Positions 19,254 through 28,536 are shown, counted from the stretch's first letter. The stretch is DNA of 64,000 nt from an uncultured delta proteobacterium (GCA_963769935.1 CAVYNY010000014.1:32001-96000), one strand, 5' to 3'. Translations and numbers: made by a program. The notes: generated by a model not told the origin, from the letters alone.

Positions 19254-19727
19254 ATGTCTATCCAAGAAGGCCAAGCCGCGCCGGAATTCATGCTGCCCGA
19301 CGCGGAGGGGGAAAAAGTCGCTTTAAAGGATTTCAAGGGCAAAAACGTTGTCGTCTACTTTTATCCCAAGGACAACACCTCCGGGTGAACCAAAGAAGCC
19401 GAGGGATTCCGTGACATTTACGGCGAATTCCAAAAACTCGATACGGTTGTCCTGGGGATATCCCCTGACAATGAATCCTCGCATGCGAAATTTTCCGCAG
19501 CACTCAAAATCCCTTTCCCGTTGCTGTGCGATCCGGAAAAAAAAGTGATGACAACCTACGAAGCTTTCGGGGAAAAAAAAATGTACGGCAAGGTCACCAT
19601 GGGTGTCATCCGGTCCACCGTGTGGGTAGGGCCTGACGGCAAGGTAAAAAAACACTGGCGCCATGTTGCCCAAGCTGCGGACCATCCCTCCCGCGTGCTG
19701 GAGACGCTGAAAGCCGAACTTGCGTAA
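19254..19727 (+). CDS. bcp: Selenocysteine-containing peroxiredoxin (BCP/PrxQ), Sec45 encoded by TGA 19386-19388
   Basis: GGAGG RBS; YFYPKDNTSG-(TGA)-TKEA places the UGA at the peroxidatic Cys of PxxxTxxC; BCP-like sequence continues in frame to TAA at 19727. Confidence 0.92.
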
Positions 19728-19745
19728 AAGGGTTGTCGCACTCTG

Positions 19746-19783
19746 CCGAACCCCGCTTATCGATTCGACAGGCGGGGTTTGCC
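19746..19783. terminator. GC-rich hairpin between convergent bcp and GNAT genes
   Basis: AACCCCGCTT...AGGCGGGGTT inverted repeat. Confidence 0.6.
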
Positions 19784-19798
19784 GGGCTCCATTTCAAG

Positions 19799-20311
19799 TT
19801 AAGGATAAATGAGAGAAATGTCGATCCAGCCGTAGAACTCTACGTGCAGCACCTCACCGGCAAATGGCAGACGCTGGGTTTTGAGATGCAGGCCGTTGAT
19901 TTTTCGGTAAAAATTCCGGTAAGGATTCTGTTTGAGGACCTGAACGAGCATTGAATGTATGCCTAAATGATTGAACCGCCGGGTCAAGGCTTCAACCAGC
20001 AGTCGGCCGATCCCGCGCCGCTGGTAATTTTTCAAAACATACAACGTGTAAATTTCACCACCGTAGATCGCGTCGCGGTGCCTTTCAAAACCGCCGGTCG
20101 TAAACCCAACCACCCGGCCGTTGTCTTCGGCGACATAACTGAGCACCTGCCGGCCTGCCAGTTCTTTTAAAAACGCCTGCTCATGTTGGTCGACCGACAT
20201 GGCATATAAATAAGCAAACGGTACAATGCCGAGGTAGGTATCCTGCCACGTTTGCACGTAGATACAGGATATGGCATGCGCATCGAATCTTTGGGATGGT
20301 CGAATCTTCAT
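19799..20311 (-). CDS. GNAT family N-acetyltransferase
   Basis: Acetyl-CoA-binding motif 'LYVLKNYQRRGIGRLL' and 'NPYRNFYRK'. Confidence 0.92.
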   Translation of the reverse strand: MKIRPSQRFDAHAISCIYVQTWQDTYLGIVPFAYLYAMSVDQHEQAFLKELAGRQVLSYVAEDNGRVVGFTTGGFERHRDAIYGGEIYTLYVLKNYQRRGIGRLLVEALTRRFNHLGIHSMLVQVLKQNPYRNFYRKINGLHLKTQRLPFAGEVLHVEFYGWIDISLIYP

Positions 20312-20513
20312 TGGCACCTGCTGCAACCGGATTATATGAACAATTATAATGATGATTGCGGAAATTGGAAATTATTTTGTTATTTTCTGACCCCGGCGAG
20401 CCGGATCAAGTTGCCGCAAAGACACAATATTTCTCAAGTTTTCTTGGTAAAATGCCGATGATTGATAATTAGAAAAGCCGGAAAAACAATTCGTGTCTTG
20501 CAAGAGAGATGTC

Positions 20514-21320
20514 ATGCCGACATTAGCCTTAAAAATTAAAAATAAGCTGCTTAGGAATTATCCGCTGCAAAAGGGCATCTCATTAAAGATCGGCCGACAG
20601 GGTAAAAATGACGTCGTCATCCAGGACATGGCTGTTTCCGGGCATCATGCCAAGATCGACTCGGTGGGTGAAGGGTTTGTATTTATTGATCTGCAAAGCA
20701 AGAACGGCTCCTTTGTCAACGAGCAGCTGACCAATTCCCACTGGCTGGAAGACGGAGACACTATCAATATCGGTGAGCATTCTCTGGTTTTTAACTATTC
20801 CAACGGAGAAAGTATGCCCGAGAACGAAAATGAGCAATTGGAAAGAACCATTATCCTGGATACAAGTCAGTATCGGAGCAGGATGCGAAAAAGCAATCCG
20901 ACCAGAAGTATTAATAATGTTGCCGGTTTCTGGGATAAGAGTCCGCATCGCACCCTCCGGGAGGAAATAAAGTCCCGTATTCAAATGCGACCCGCCCCGC
21001 GGAAGAAGGAGCCGGTCGGGGTCCTCAGGTATCTGGCCGGCGGCAGCGGCGAGGTTGATCTTGCCAGAAGGTACACCACCATCGGCAAACATCCGACATC
21101 GGACATTGTGACCAGGGGTCTGTTCGTCGGACAGACGGCGGTCACCATTAAAAAACAACCTGATGGTTTTCACTTATGCTTTGTCGGTGGGATCACCAAA
21201 CCCAAAGTCAATCAAAAAGCGGTGAAAAAATCAATCCTGCTCAAAGATGAGGATATCATTGATATAGGCTCCACCAAACTGCAATTTTTAAACGGACACG
21301 CATCGCAGAATAGTTTCTAG
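20514..21320 (+). CDS. Protein with two FHA domains
   Basis: N-terminal FHA 'IGR...ND......VSGHHA...DLQSKNGSFVN'; degenerate C-terminal FHA 'TIGK...SDI...L..EDIIDIG'. Confidence 0.9.
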   Translation: MPTLALKIKNKLLRNYPLQKGISLKIGRQGKNDVVIQDMAVSGHHAKIDSVGEGFVFIDLQSKNGSFVNEQLTNSHWLEDGDTINIGEHSLVFNYSNGESMPENENEQLERTIILDTSQYRSRMRKSNPTRSINNVAGFWDKSPHRTLREEIKSRIQMRPAPRKKEPVGVLRYLAGGSGEVDLARRYTTIGKHPTSDIVTRGLFVGQTAVTIKKQPDGFHLCFVGGITKPKVNQKAVKKSILLKDEDIIDIGSTKLQFLNGHASQNSF

Positions 21321-21336
21321 CCGAGGTCACAATCAA

Positions 21337-22182
21337 TTGTACTTATTTCGGGCTTTTTTTAGATCAAAAAATCGACGTTCACCCTCCAGGCCGGATTTTT
21401 TGAGAGCACCCGGTCAATCAGCGGGCCAAAAAATTGATGAACTCAATGGGAAAATCGGACGTCAGGCCACCTTGCTGATTGCGCTGCCCTTTTTCTTAGC
21501 CTCAATTTACTTATCCCACCGATACCTTTACAAGAGCGAAATTGACCCCATCCTCGTCCAAATCGTTATGCTGGCCGGTGCCGGTTTGGGCGTCTATTTT
21601 CTGGTGAGGATTCTGAAATTGATCAGAGAACGCCGGATGGCGCGGCTGGGATACGAGGGGGATATTGCCGTCGCCCGGGAACTGGATCGGCTCCTACTGG
21701 AAGGCAATCACGTCTACCACGATTTCCCGGCCGAAGATTCCAACATCGATCACATTGTCATCGGACGCTCAGGCATTTTTGCCGTTGCAACCGCCGCGCG
21801 CTCAAAACCTGCCGCGGCGAAGCGCATAGATGATGCGACCGTCGAATATGATGGGAAAATACTTATGTTTCCCAATGGCGACGACTATAAAACCATTGCC
21901 CAGGCAGAATGCCAGGCCGCCTGGATATCGGAGTGGATCAGCCGGGTCGTCGGCCAAGAGGTCGCAGCCCGGGCGATTGTTGCGCTGCCGGGCTGGTTCG
22001 TAAAAAGAACCTCCCCGGACGGTATATCTGTCGTTAACCCGGATCAGTTCTCCTCCCTTTTCAGACACATCAAACCGAGATTCCTGACGGATGAAATGAT
22101 TACCCGCATCGTGGCTCAGATTGAGCAAAAGTGCCGGGATGTAAAACCGGCGGTTGAAACTCAGGACGGCACGCCGACGTAA
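21337..22182 (+). CDS. Membrane-anchored NERD-domain protein, probably nuclease-inactive
   Basis: Two TM helices, then 'GYEGD..VA..L', 'YHDFP....NIDHIVIGRSGIFAV'. Start is uncertain. Confidence 0.8.
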   Translation: MYLFRAFFRSKNRRSPSRPDFLRAPGQSAGQKIDELNGKIGRQATLLIALPFFLASIYLSHRYLYKSEIDPILVQIVMLAGAGLGVYFLVRILKLIRERRMARLGYEGDIAVARELDRLLLEGNHVYHDFPAEDSNIDHIVIGRSGIFAVATAARSKPAAAKRIDDATVEYDGKILMFPNGDDYKTIAQAECQAAWISEWISRVVGQEVAARAIVALPGWFVKRTSPDGISVVNPDQFSSLFRHIKPRFLTDEMITRIVAQIEQKCRDVKPAVETQDGTPT

Positions 22183-22193
22183 ACGCAAAAGAA

Positions 22194-22220
22194 ATAATTT
22201 GGGGCTTCGCCCCAAATTAT
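22194..22220. terminator. Hairpin downstream of the NERD gene
   Basis: ATAATTTGGGG-CTTCG-CCCCAAATTAT, an 11-bp perfect stem. Confidence 0.7.
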
Positions 22221-22258
22221 CATGAAGCGATTGAAAAACAAAGTGGTATCTACTATAA

Positions 22259-22296
22259 ATTACTCCGCCCTGAATGTACTAATTTTTCTTGGCGGA
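22259..22296. repeat. REP-like palindrome, degenerate copy
   Basis: ATTACTCCGCCCTGAA is complementary to the TTCAGGGNGGAGTAAT arm at 24391-24406. Confidence 0.6.
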
Positions 22297-22319
22297 TAAA
22301 CTGGGAGGACGCAAGAAAT

Positions 22320-22481
22320 TTGAAAATCGTTCTGACAAACGACGATGGATACAGCTACAATGGCAACATCCACGAACGTCCGCGTAATTCCGGGACAGAT
22401 GTGGCAGTCTGTTTCGATGATAAAAAAATCGCTATAACACGGATTGCGGTGGGTACCACGAAGTTGGACCAACACGGCTGA
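22320..22481 (+). pseudogene. surE: Internally deleted surE (53 codons)
   Basis: GGAGG RBS and TTG start; MKIVLTNDDG (SurE N-terminal motif) joined directly to a SurE-like C-terminus '..YNG....R...GTDVAVCF...IAITRI'. Confidence 0.75.
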
Positions 22482-22561
22482 CTCTTCGGCTATGACCGCT
22501 TCACTGGACACCGGATTCGATTTGCTTTCAAAGAGGAAGTCAGGTTATGAACAACCCAAAG

Positions 22562-22595
22562 AGCAAGGGGCGGTTGACTTCAACCACCCCTTGCT
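22562..22595. terminator. Strong hairpin, possibly a bidirectional terminator
   Basis: AGCAAGGGGCGGTTGA / TCAACCACCCCTTGCT near-perfect 16-bp inverted repeat. Confidence 0.7.
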
Positions 22596-22813
22596 GGAAA
22601 TATAGCAGTTAAGTTGATAAGTTTCCTGGAACCTGCGCCATCTGATTGGGCCCCCGTTATGCCGTTTTCTGAAAAATCACGCACATCCGAGAAGCCCCTA
22701 ATCCGTCGCCGCAAACTCTTTTTTATACTATAACCTTTGGAGGCCGGAGGCCGTCGCGTGGTTTATTGTTTTATGTTAGATTGGGCGACAGGTTAAAAGC
22801 GATAACGTATAAT

Positions 22814-22829
22814 AGCAAATAGCGTTCCA
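22814..22829 (-). promoter_or_regulatory. sigma54-like promoter with no long ORF downstream
   Basis: Minus strand reads TGGAACGCTATTTGCT (GG-N10-GC with TTGC). Confidence 0.55.
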
Positions 22830-22982
22830 AATACTTCCGGTCGACCATGGAGTTTTAATTCGCTTAAAACTCGGCAACTTAGAATCCAGGGCCGAAAGTA
22901 GCCGGCAAGCGACACGCATTCCGGCGTTGCAATTTGCCAATTGCAAATGCGAATTGCAAAAAAGGGCAGGTCTTTGCTATTT

Positions 22983-24032
22983 TCACGACCCGGCTTCCGT
23001 CGGTACAACCGTCAGCTCATTTAATTTTTGTTCCCGGAGCACGGTAATCTGGATCGACCTGCCGATAGGCCACTCGGACAGGAATCGATGCAGGTCGTCA
23101 ATGCTGCCGACCGCCTGCTCATTGACTGCGGTAATTAAGTCCCCAATCTGCAAGCCCGCCCGGACGGCGGGTCCCTGCGGCTCAACCGCCAGGACCTCTA
23201 CCGCATCGTTCCGGCTGAGTCCATGGAGTCTGATCAGACGGCGATGAAGCGGGCGCTGGCGACCGGCAATCCCCAAAAATCCTCGCCGCACACGTCCATG
23301 GGTCAACAGTTGTGACACTACCCACCGGGCGGTATTGCCGGGAACCGAAAAGCCGATTCCCTGGGCCATGGCAATGATAGCCGTGTTGATGCCGACAACC
23401 TTGCCGCCTGAATCCAGCAGCGGCCCGCCTGAATTGCCGGGATTGAGGGGGGCGGTATGTTGAATGATATTTTCGATGAGCCGCCCCTGGCGGCTTCGCA
23501 AAGCGCGTCCGAGGGCGCTGACAACGCCGGTGGATACCGTGGACTGGAAGCCAAACGGATTGCCCATGGCAATCACCAGCTGCCCCGCCCGCAGCCGGGC
23601 CGAATCTCCCAGGGTCGCGGCCGTTAAATAAGATGTATCCGCCCGGATAACGGCTAAATCCGTAGCCGGATCCGTACCTACCAGGGTCGCGGACAGGCTT
23701 GCGCCGTCGGTCAGGCTGACCGATACAAGCCCGGCATTCCCAACCACGTGGTCGTTGGTTAAAATATAGCCGTCCGGAGCGATAACGACGCCGGATCCGG
23801 TACCGGCTTGCTCCGGTCCCCGGCGCCGGTCCGGTTTACCGGTCGACACGCTGACAACCGATAGACCGACGGAATCGACCACCGATATGACCGCCCGGGA
23901 GTAGGCGTCGAGAAGTTCCAGATCCCGGGGCTCATTTGACCGGCCGCTGTTGTCTCCATTCAACTCATCACCTAACGCGGCACCGTTCATAAACTGCAGG
24001 GTTCGCTGGATATTCGCATCCATCCTATTCAT
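22983..24032 (-). CDS. Trypsin-like serine protease with PDZ domain (HtrA/DegS family), no signal peptide
   Basis: 'GSGVVI', 'LTNDHVV', 'DLAVI', 'NPGNSGGPL', and C-terminal PDZ 'GPAVRAGLQIGDLI'. Confidence 0.95.
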   Translation of the reverse strand: MNRMDANIQRTLQFMNGAALGDELNGDNSGRSNEPRDLELLDAYSRAVISVVDSVGLSVVSVSTGKPDRRRGPEQAGTGSGVVIAPDGYILTNDHVVGNAGLVSVSLTDGASLSATLVGTDPATDLAVIRADTSYLTAATLGDSARLRAGQLVIAMGNPFGFQSTVSTGVVSALGRALRSRQGRLIENIIQHTAPLNPGNSGGPLLDSGGKVVGINTAIIAMAQGIGFSVPGNTARWVVSQLLTHGRVRRGFLGIAGRQRPLHRRLIRLHGLSRNDAVEVLAVEPQGPAVRAGLQIGDLITAVNEQAVGSIDDLHRFLSEWPIGRSIQITVLREQKLNELTVVPTEAGS

Positions 24033-24063
24033 GCTCCTTGAGCTAAAATTGTTGGCTGAAGCA

Positions 24064-24130
24064 AAGAATCCCGGCCCAGCTTCCTGCCCGTAGGCCTACA
24101 GCCCGGAGGGAGGACCAGGTTTTCAAGGTT
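24064..24130 (+). repeat. Modular dispersed repeat, copy B (insert 2 only)
   Basis: AAGAATCCCGGCCCA-[GCTTCC...GCCTAC...GGAGG]-GAGGACCAGGTTTTCAAGGTT. Confidence 0.8.
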
Positions 24131-24370
24131 AAAATAAAAGTTAAGTCCCATTTTAACCGAATGCAAGCAAGGTGTTATCCGACTGCCTATGGGCGAGGCA
24201 AAGGGGATGGGTATTATCAGGCTTGAACGCCGGGCAAATTATTTTCCGGCGGATGCATCTTGCATAATCGCCGCGAAGCCAATACTATCAGGAAAATGTG
24301 ACTATGCCGTTTAATTAATCCGCCGGACCTTGAATTTAAAAACTTTCTGCAATTGTTAAAGAGCAAACGA

Positions 24371-24406
24371 CAACCCTGAACGCACTATTTTTCAGGGAGG
24401 AGTAAT
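24371..24406. repeat. REP-like palindrome
   Basis: CCCTGAA-N10-TTCAGGG followed by AGGAGTAAT. Confidence 0.7.
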
Positions 24407-24419
24407 AATAGGACTGCTG

Positions 24420-24575
24420 ATGAAAACGACTACCAAGATATTGATCTGTCTGATCATCTTTGCCATAATCGACACCGTTATTCCAATCCCCCTTACGGCT
24501 CTCCTATTGATCTATGTTCTGACGGAAAAGCCGCCATGGTTTAAGAACCTGGTAACCCGGATTTATGGAGCGTAA
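24420..24575 (+). CDS. Small membrane protein (51 aa); not in the ORF track
   Basis: AGGA RBS; MKTTTKILICLIIFAIIDTVIPIPLTALLLIYVLTEKPPWFKNLVTRIYGA; helical-hairpin hydrophobic pattern. Confidence 0.7.
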   Translation: MKTTTKILICLIIFAIIDTVIPIPLTALLLIYVLTEKPPWFKNLVTRIYGA

Positions 24576-24647
24576 TTTTGCAGTGACTGATAGACCCGAC
24601 CACCTGGAAGTCAGTATCCAGAAACCAGTATCCAGGATCAATCCATA

Positions 24648-25271
24648 ATGGTAATGCTTACGCAACTTCCCAAAATTTTAAAAGAATATGCCGATTTTGA
24701 AACTGAAGTCAGGCAGCAGATGGCCGATTTTTGCGCGCTTCACTGCTCGATCTGTGAGCGTGTTTGCTGTCGTCCGGAATATTGTCGTGAAAATGTCGAC
24801 AGCCCTTTTCTGACTTTATTAAGCTCCAAAGTCCTTCAAATCACGGCATATAGTGCCGAATGCGGATGGTTGGCAGCAACCGGCTGCGCCTTGTCCACCG
24901 GCAGACCGCCGGTTTGCTACCAGTTTAACTGCAAAAAAATATTTGACTCCCTGCCCGATGACAACCACCGCTATGTCTTGGGTGTGCTTTCAGAACTTGT
25001 ACCCCATGTCGGAAAGCGGGCGTTTGGCAGCACGCATCTGGTGGAGATTATGGATGTCTCCCAACTTGAGCGGGTTGATATCAACCGTTTTCTAAAGCGC
25101 CTGACTGAAGCCCGCCGGGCACTGGATGCAATCCGCTCATTTGCCGGAAATAGACGCCTGCCGGATTCAGCGCTGAAAGCCCTGCAAAGAATTAAGCCCG
25201 GGCCGGCCTCGCCGGCCTCAGGCACAAGGATAACGCGATGTATAAAACACAACTCAGCCGGCGGCCGATAA
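24648..25271 (+). CDS. Cys-cluster protein (YkgJ/CxxCxxCC-like, metal-binding)
   Basis: 'CALHCSICERVCC' and 'GC.L..GRPPVCYQFNC'. Confidence 0.7.
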   Translation: MVMLTQLPKILKEYADFETEVRQQMADFCALHCSICERVCCRPEYCRENVDSPFLTLLSSKVLQITAYSAECGWLAATGCALSTGRPPVCYQFNCKKIFDSLPDDNHRYVLGVLSELVPHVGKRAFGSTHLVEIMDVSQLERVDINRFLKRLTEARRALDAIRSFAGNRRLPDSALKALQRIKPGPASPASGTRITRCIKHNSAGGR

Positions 25272-26152
25272 TCATCCTCCTGATCCTTACCATGATTTGG
25301 GGCAGCAACATGGCCTTTATTAAAATTGCGTCGCGTGAAATGGCGCCCATATTCATGGCCGGTCTGCGTTCGGTGATCGCCGCTTTGTGTCTTTATATCT
25401 GGATGAAAGCCCGCCGGATTAAAATTTTCCCATCGGCCGCGATTGTTTGCCACGGGATTGTGGTTGGAGTTCTATTCGGCTCCGAGTTCGGTCTCATCTT
25501 CGTCGGTCTGAAATACACGCTGGCTTCCCGCGGATACGTGCTTCTTTATTGCGCTCCTTTCTTCGCCGCTTTGGGGGCCCACTTCTTTCTGGACGGTGAT
25601 CGTTTCACGACCTGGAAGACCGCCGGCTTGCTGTCGGCTTTCTGCGGCGTGGTGGTTTTATTTATGAAAAATGCCGGCTCTTTTTCCTTCGAAGCTTTGC
25701 CGGGCGATGTTTTATTTCTGATTGCCGGCGCCGCGTGGGGGGCAACAACCGTTTACATCAAAAAATACCTGGTCCACCAATCCGAACCGCTGCAAATCCT
25801 CTTTTACCAGTTGTTTTTTTCGGCGCCGTTTCTACTGGTATTCAGCTGCATACTGGAAGACTCTATTTTATGGGGTGTGTCTTTTGCCCTGGTATTTTCG
25901 CTGTTCTACCAGTGCATCATTGTTGCATTTCTCAGCTACCTGGTCTGGTTTATGCTGATTTCCCGGTACCCGGTCAGCTTAATGCATGCGTTTTCGTTTT
26001 TTACCCCGCTGTTTGGGGTTCTTTTCAGCGGACTGCTGATTCTGGGAGAGACGATCAGTCCCAACCTGGTCATGGCATTGATTCTGGTCAGTCTGGGGAT
26101 GGTGCTCGTCAATTATCAGCCGGCACCAAAGCGAAAGGAAGCAGCAAAGTGA
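25238..26152 (+). CDS. DMT/EamA family transporter
   Basis: About 10 TM segments; 'IWGSN..FIK', 'AGLRS', 'LGE'. Confidence 0.93.
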   Translation: MYKTQLSRRPIIILLILTMIWGSNMAFIKIASREMAPIFMAGLRSVIAALCLYIWMKARRIKIFPSAAIVCHGIVVGVLFGSEFGLIFVGLKYTLASRGYVLLYCAPFFAALGAHFFLDGDRFTTWKTAGLLSAFCGVVVLFMKNAGSFSFEALPGDVLFLIAGAAWGATTVYIKKYLVHQSEPLQILFYQLFFSAPFLLVFSCILEDSILWGVSFALVFSLFYQCIIVAFLSYLVWFMLISRYPVSLMHAFSFFTPLFGVLFSGLLILGETISPNLVMALILVSLGMVLVNYQPAPKRKEAAK

Positions 26153-26231
26153 AAGGAATTTCTGACCCTTGAAACCACCGCCGTTCAGGCCGGAATTTCA
26201 GAAGAAAAAGATTTGAAACCATTTCCAGCGA

Positions 26232-27737
26232 TTATCGGACGGTAAAATCCATATGGCGGCTGATCGGCGCCGTGTCAAATAGAGTGCCGGGATTCAATAT
26301 ATCATCGGGATCGAAAAGTTTCTTAATTTCACGCAGATAGCTAAAGGCGGGTCCCAGTTCCAGCTCGAGGTAAATCGAACGGGACCGGCCGGCATTGTGC
26401 TCGCCGACCAGAGTGCCCTTATATTTTTGCAGGATTTTAAACGATTCCTCTGAGACGGTCTCGATTTGCTCTGCCAAATCGCTGCGGGTCGCATCAAAAT
26501 AGGGTCTGGCATGGATGCTGCCGAAACCGAGGTGTCCGTAAAAGGAAATTTCTACTCCCAGCTGCTGCATTAATTCTCCCAGTTCCGGGATGACCGCACC
26601 GAAATCTTTCAGGTGAATGGCCACGTCATCGATAATCGGCACCAGCAGCAGATTATTTTCACGGCAATATTTTGAGAGGGAGGGCTGGATTCGCTTACGG
26701 TCCTGCCACAGGGCCGCCTCCTCCGGGCTTCCGGCTTCGATATTCCAAATACGGGCGATGTTGTATGCCTCAACGATTTGCCGTCCCTGCTGCGCCTGTT
26801 CACAGGAGCCGTCAAATTCCGCGACCAGCGTACCGACAATGCCCGGGTCTTCCAGGTTGAGGATTTTCCCGTTGACGCGTCCGGCACATGATGCATCGGT
26901 AAATTCCAAAGCAGCGGGATTCAGGGCTTTCAACCGCAGGGCCGCGTCGCTGAACTCATCATATTCCCGGAAATGAGCCACAAAGGTCCCCTGGGAGGGT
27001 CGCTGATCGATCAATTTAAGTCTTATCTCGGTCACTATCCCCAACGTACCGATGCCCCCGACCAGCAGGTGTGCGGCCAGCTCCGCCATATCGCGATACT
27101 GCGCAAGGGCCTTCAGATTGTAACCACCGGCGATGTAGGGTCGATTGTCGATGATTGCGCGGCTCGCGGCATCGGCCAGATAATTTTGCTGAATCCGCCG
27201 CAACCCGGCTTCAAGGTATTCGGGCAGGTCTTGAGCTGTATCAATCACATCTCCGGCTGCGGTAATGAATCGCAGGGAGGTCACAAAGGCATCCAGGGTG
27301 CCGTATTTGGCTGTGCGCGGACCGGTGGAGCGGGTGCCGACGTTGCCGCCCAAAGCGCAGATGGCGCTGCTGGAGGGAACCGCCGGCAGCATCAGATGGT
27401 GTTCGGAAATTTGTTTAACAAAGTGGTCCAGGATCATTCCCGGCTGGACGATGGTTTCTTCCCCCACGGCAACCAGCCGGTTAAGGTATTTTTTGAAATC
27501 CAGGATGATCCCCGGTCCGATGGACGCTCCGCTCAGGTCGCTGCCCCCGGAACGGGACACAATCCCGAGCCCCTCGTTGCGCGCAAATTGCAGCGTGCGA
27601 ATCACATCTTCCTCGTTGCGGGGCGCCACCACCGCGGCGGGTACGATGCGGTAGTAACTCATATCCCGGCTGAATCTTTCCAGGGTGTCGGCGTCGGCGT
27701 GCCATTCGCCGCTGATATTCAGATTGTCTAAATTCAT
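26232..27737 (-). CDS. FAD-binding oxidoreductase (GlcD/D-lactate dehydrogenase family)
   Basis: 'RSGGSDLSG', 'LGGNVGT', 'GTLGIVTE', 'GHLGFGSIH', 'GEHNAG', 'FDP..ILNPG'. Confidence 0.92.
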   Translation of the reverse strand: MNLDNLNISGEWHADADTLERFSRDMSYYRIVPAAVVAPRNEEDVIRTLQFARNEGLGIVSRSGGSDLSGASIGPGIILDFKKYLNRLVAVGEETIVQPGMILDHFVKQISEHHLMLPAVPSSSAICALGGNVGTRSTGPRTAKYGTLDAFVTSLRFITAAGDVIDTAQDLPEYLEAGLRRIQQNYLADAASRAIIDNRPYIAGGYNLKALAQYRDMAELAAHLLVGGIGTLGIVTEIRLKLIDQRPSQGTFVAHFREYDEFSDAALRLKALNPAALEFTDASCAGRVNGKILNLEDPGIVGTLVAEFDGSCEQAQQGRQIVEAYNIARIWNIEAGSPEEAALWQDRKRIQPSLSKYCRENNLLLVPIIDDVAIHLKDFGAVIPELGELMQQLGVEISFYGHLGFGSIHARPYFDATRSDLAEQIETVSEESFKILQKYKGTLVGEHNAGRSRSIYLELELGPAFSYLREIKKLFDPDDILNPGTLFDTAPISRHMDFTVR

Positions 27738-27972
27738 GCTGCCACCTGATTGATTGGAATACTGTCTGAAAATATGGCGATCGTCGGCTTGTATGTCAAG
27801 ATCGGATAAGGTGCCTTGTCATTCCGATTATGGGACTTACTGGACCCGGGTGCTGGCTTCGCCAAAGAAGAGCGCATATGCCTGCGACATGAACATCATT
27901 TGACAATTCAAGCGGCCGGCCTTATACCCACTGTGTATCATTGAGCGGTTAAAAGCGAGATGGATGCTTTTG

Positions 27973-27993
27973 ATTACTCCACCCTGAAAAATA
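27973..27993. repeat. REP-like half site
   Basis: Reverse complement matches 24386-24406 at 20/21 nt. Confidence 0.6.
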
Positions 27994-28029
27994 ACCCCTC
28001 AATCAAGTCTACCGCAAGGAGAATTTCGG

Positions 28030-28494
28030 ATGCTTGACAGCCTCAAACACTTCTTCAACAAAGATGCCGGGGAAGAATCTCACAAGGGCGGCCGCCAGTC
28101 GGCGCACGATGTCCGCGTTGCAACCTGTGCGCTCTTTGTGGAGATGGCGCGCATTGACGACAAGTTTACGCCGGCGGAGACGGAAACGATCCTGTCCATT
28201 TTGCAGGCCAAATACGGCTTATCCCGGGAGCACGCCGATGCGCTGATGGCGGAAGCCGATCAGGAACTGGAGCAAAGCGTCGATCTCTGGCAATTTGCGA
28301 AACTGATCAATGATAATTATTCCATTGACGAAAAAATCGAGATCATCGAAACCCTCTGGCGAATGGTCTATGTCGATGGGAAAATGGACCGCTACGAGCA
28401 CTACCTGATGAACAAACTCAAAAATCTGCTGCGCCTTTCACACGACCAGTTGATCAACGCCAAGCTCAAAGTCCTTCACCCGAGCACCAAATAA
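28030..28494 (+). CDS. TerB-family protein
   Basis: 'ALFVEMARIDDKF...E', 'DLWQFAKLIN', 'LWRMVYVDG..D.YE'. Confidence 0.9.
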   Translation: MLDSLKHFFNKDAGEESHKGGRQSAHDVRVATCALFVEMARIDDKFTPAETETILSILQAKYGLSREHADALMAEADQELEQSVDLWQFAKLINDNYSIDEKIEIIETLWRMVYVDGKMDRYEHYLMNKLKNLLRLSHDQLINAKLKVLHPSTK

Positions 28495-28536
28495 ACGGAA
28501 TCTGCACGCCTGACTCGGGCGTCTGTAAATTTTTTC

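Noticed and set aside
19077..19388. ORF-track entries 19077-19388 and 19521-19727 as separate genes
   Set aside because: They are the two halves of the selenoprotein BCP.
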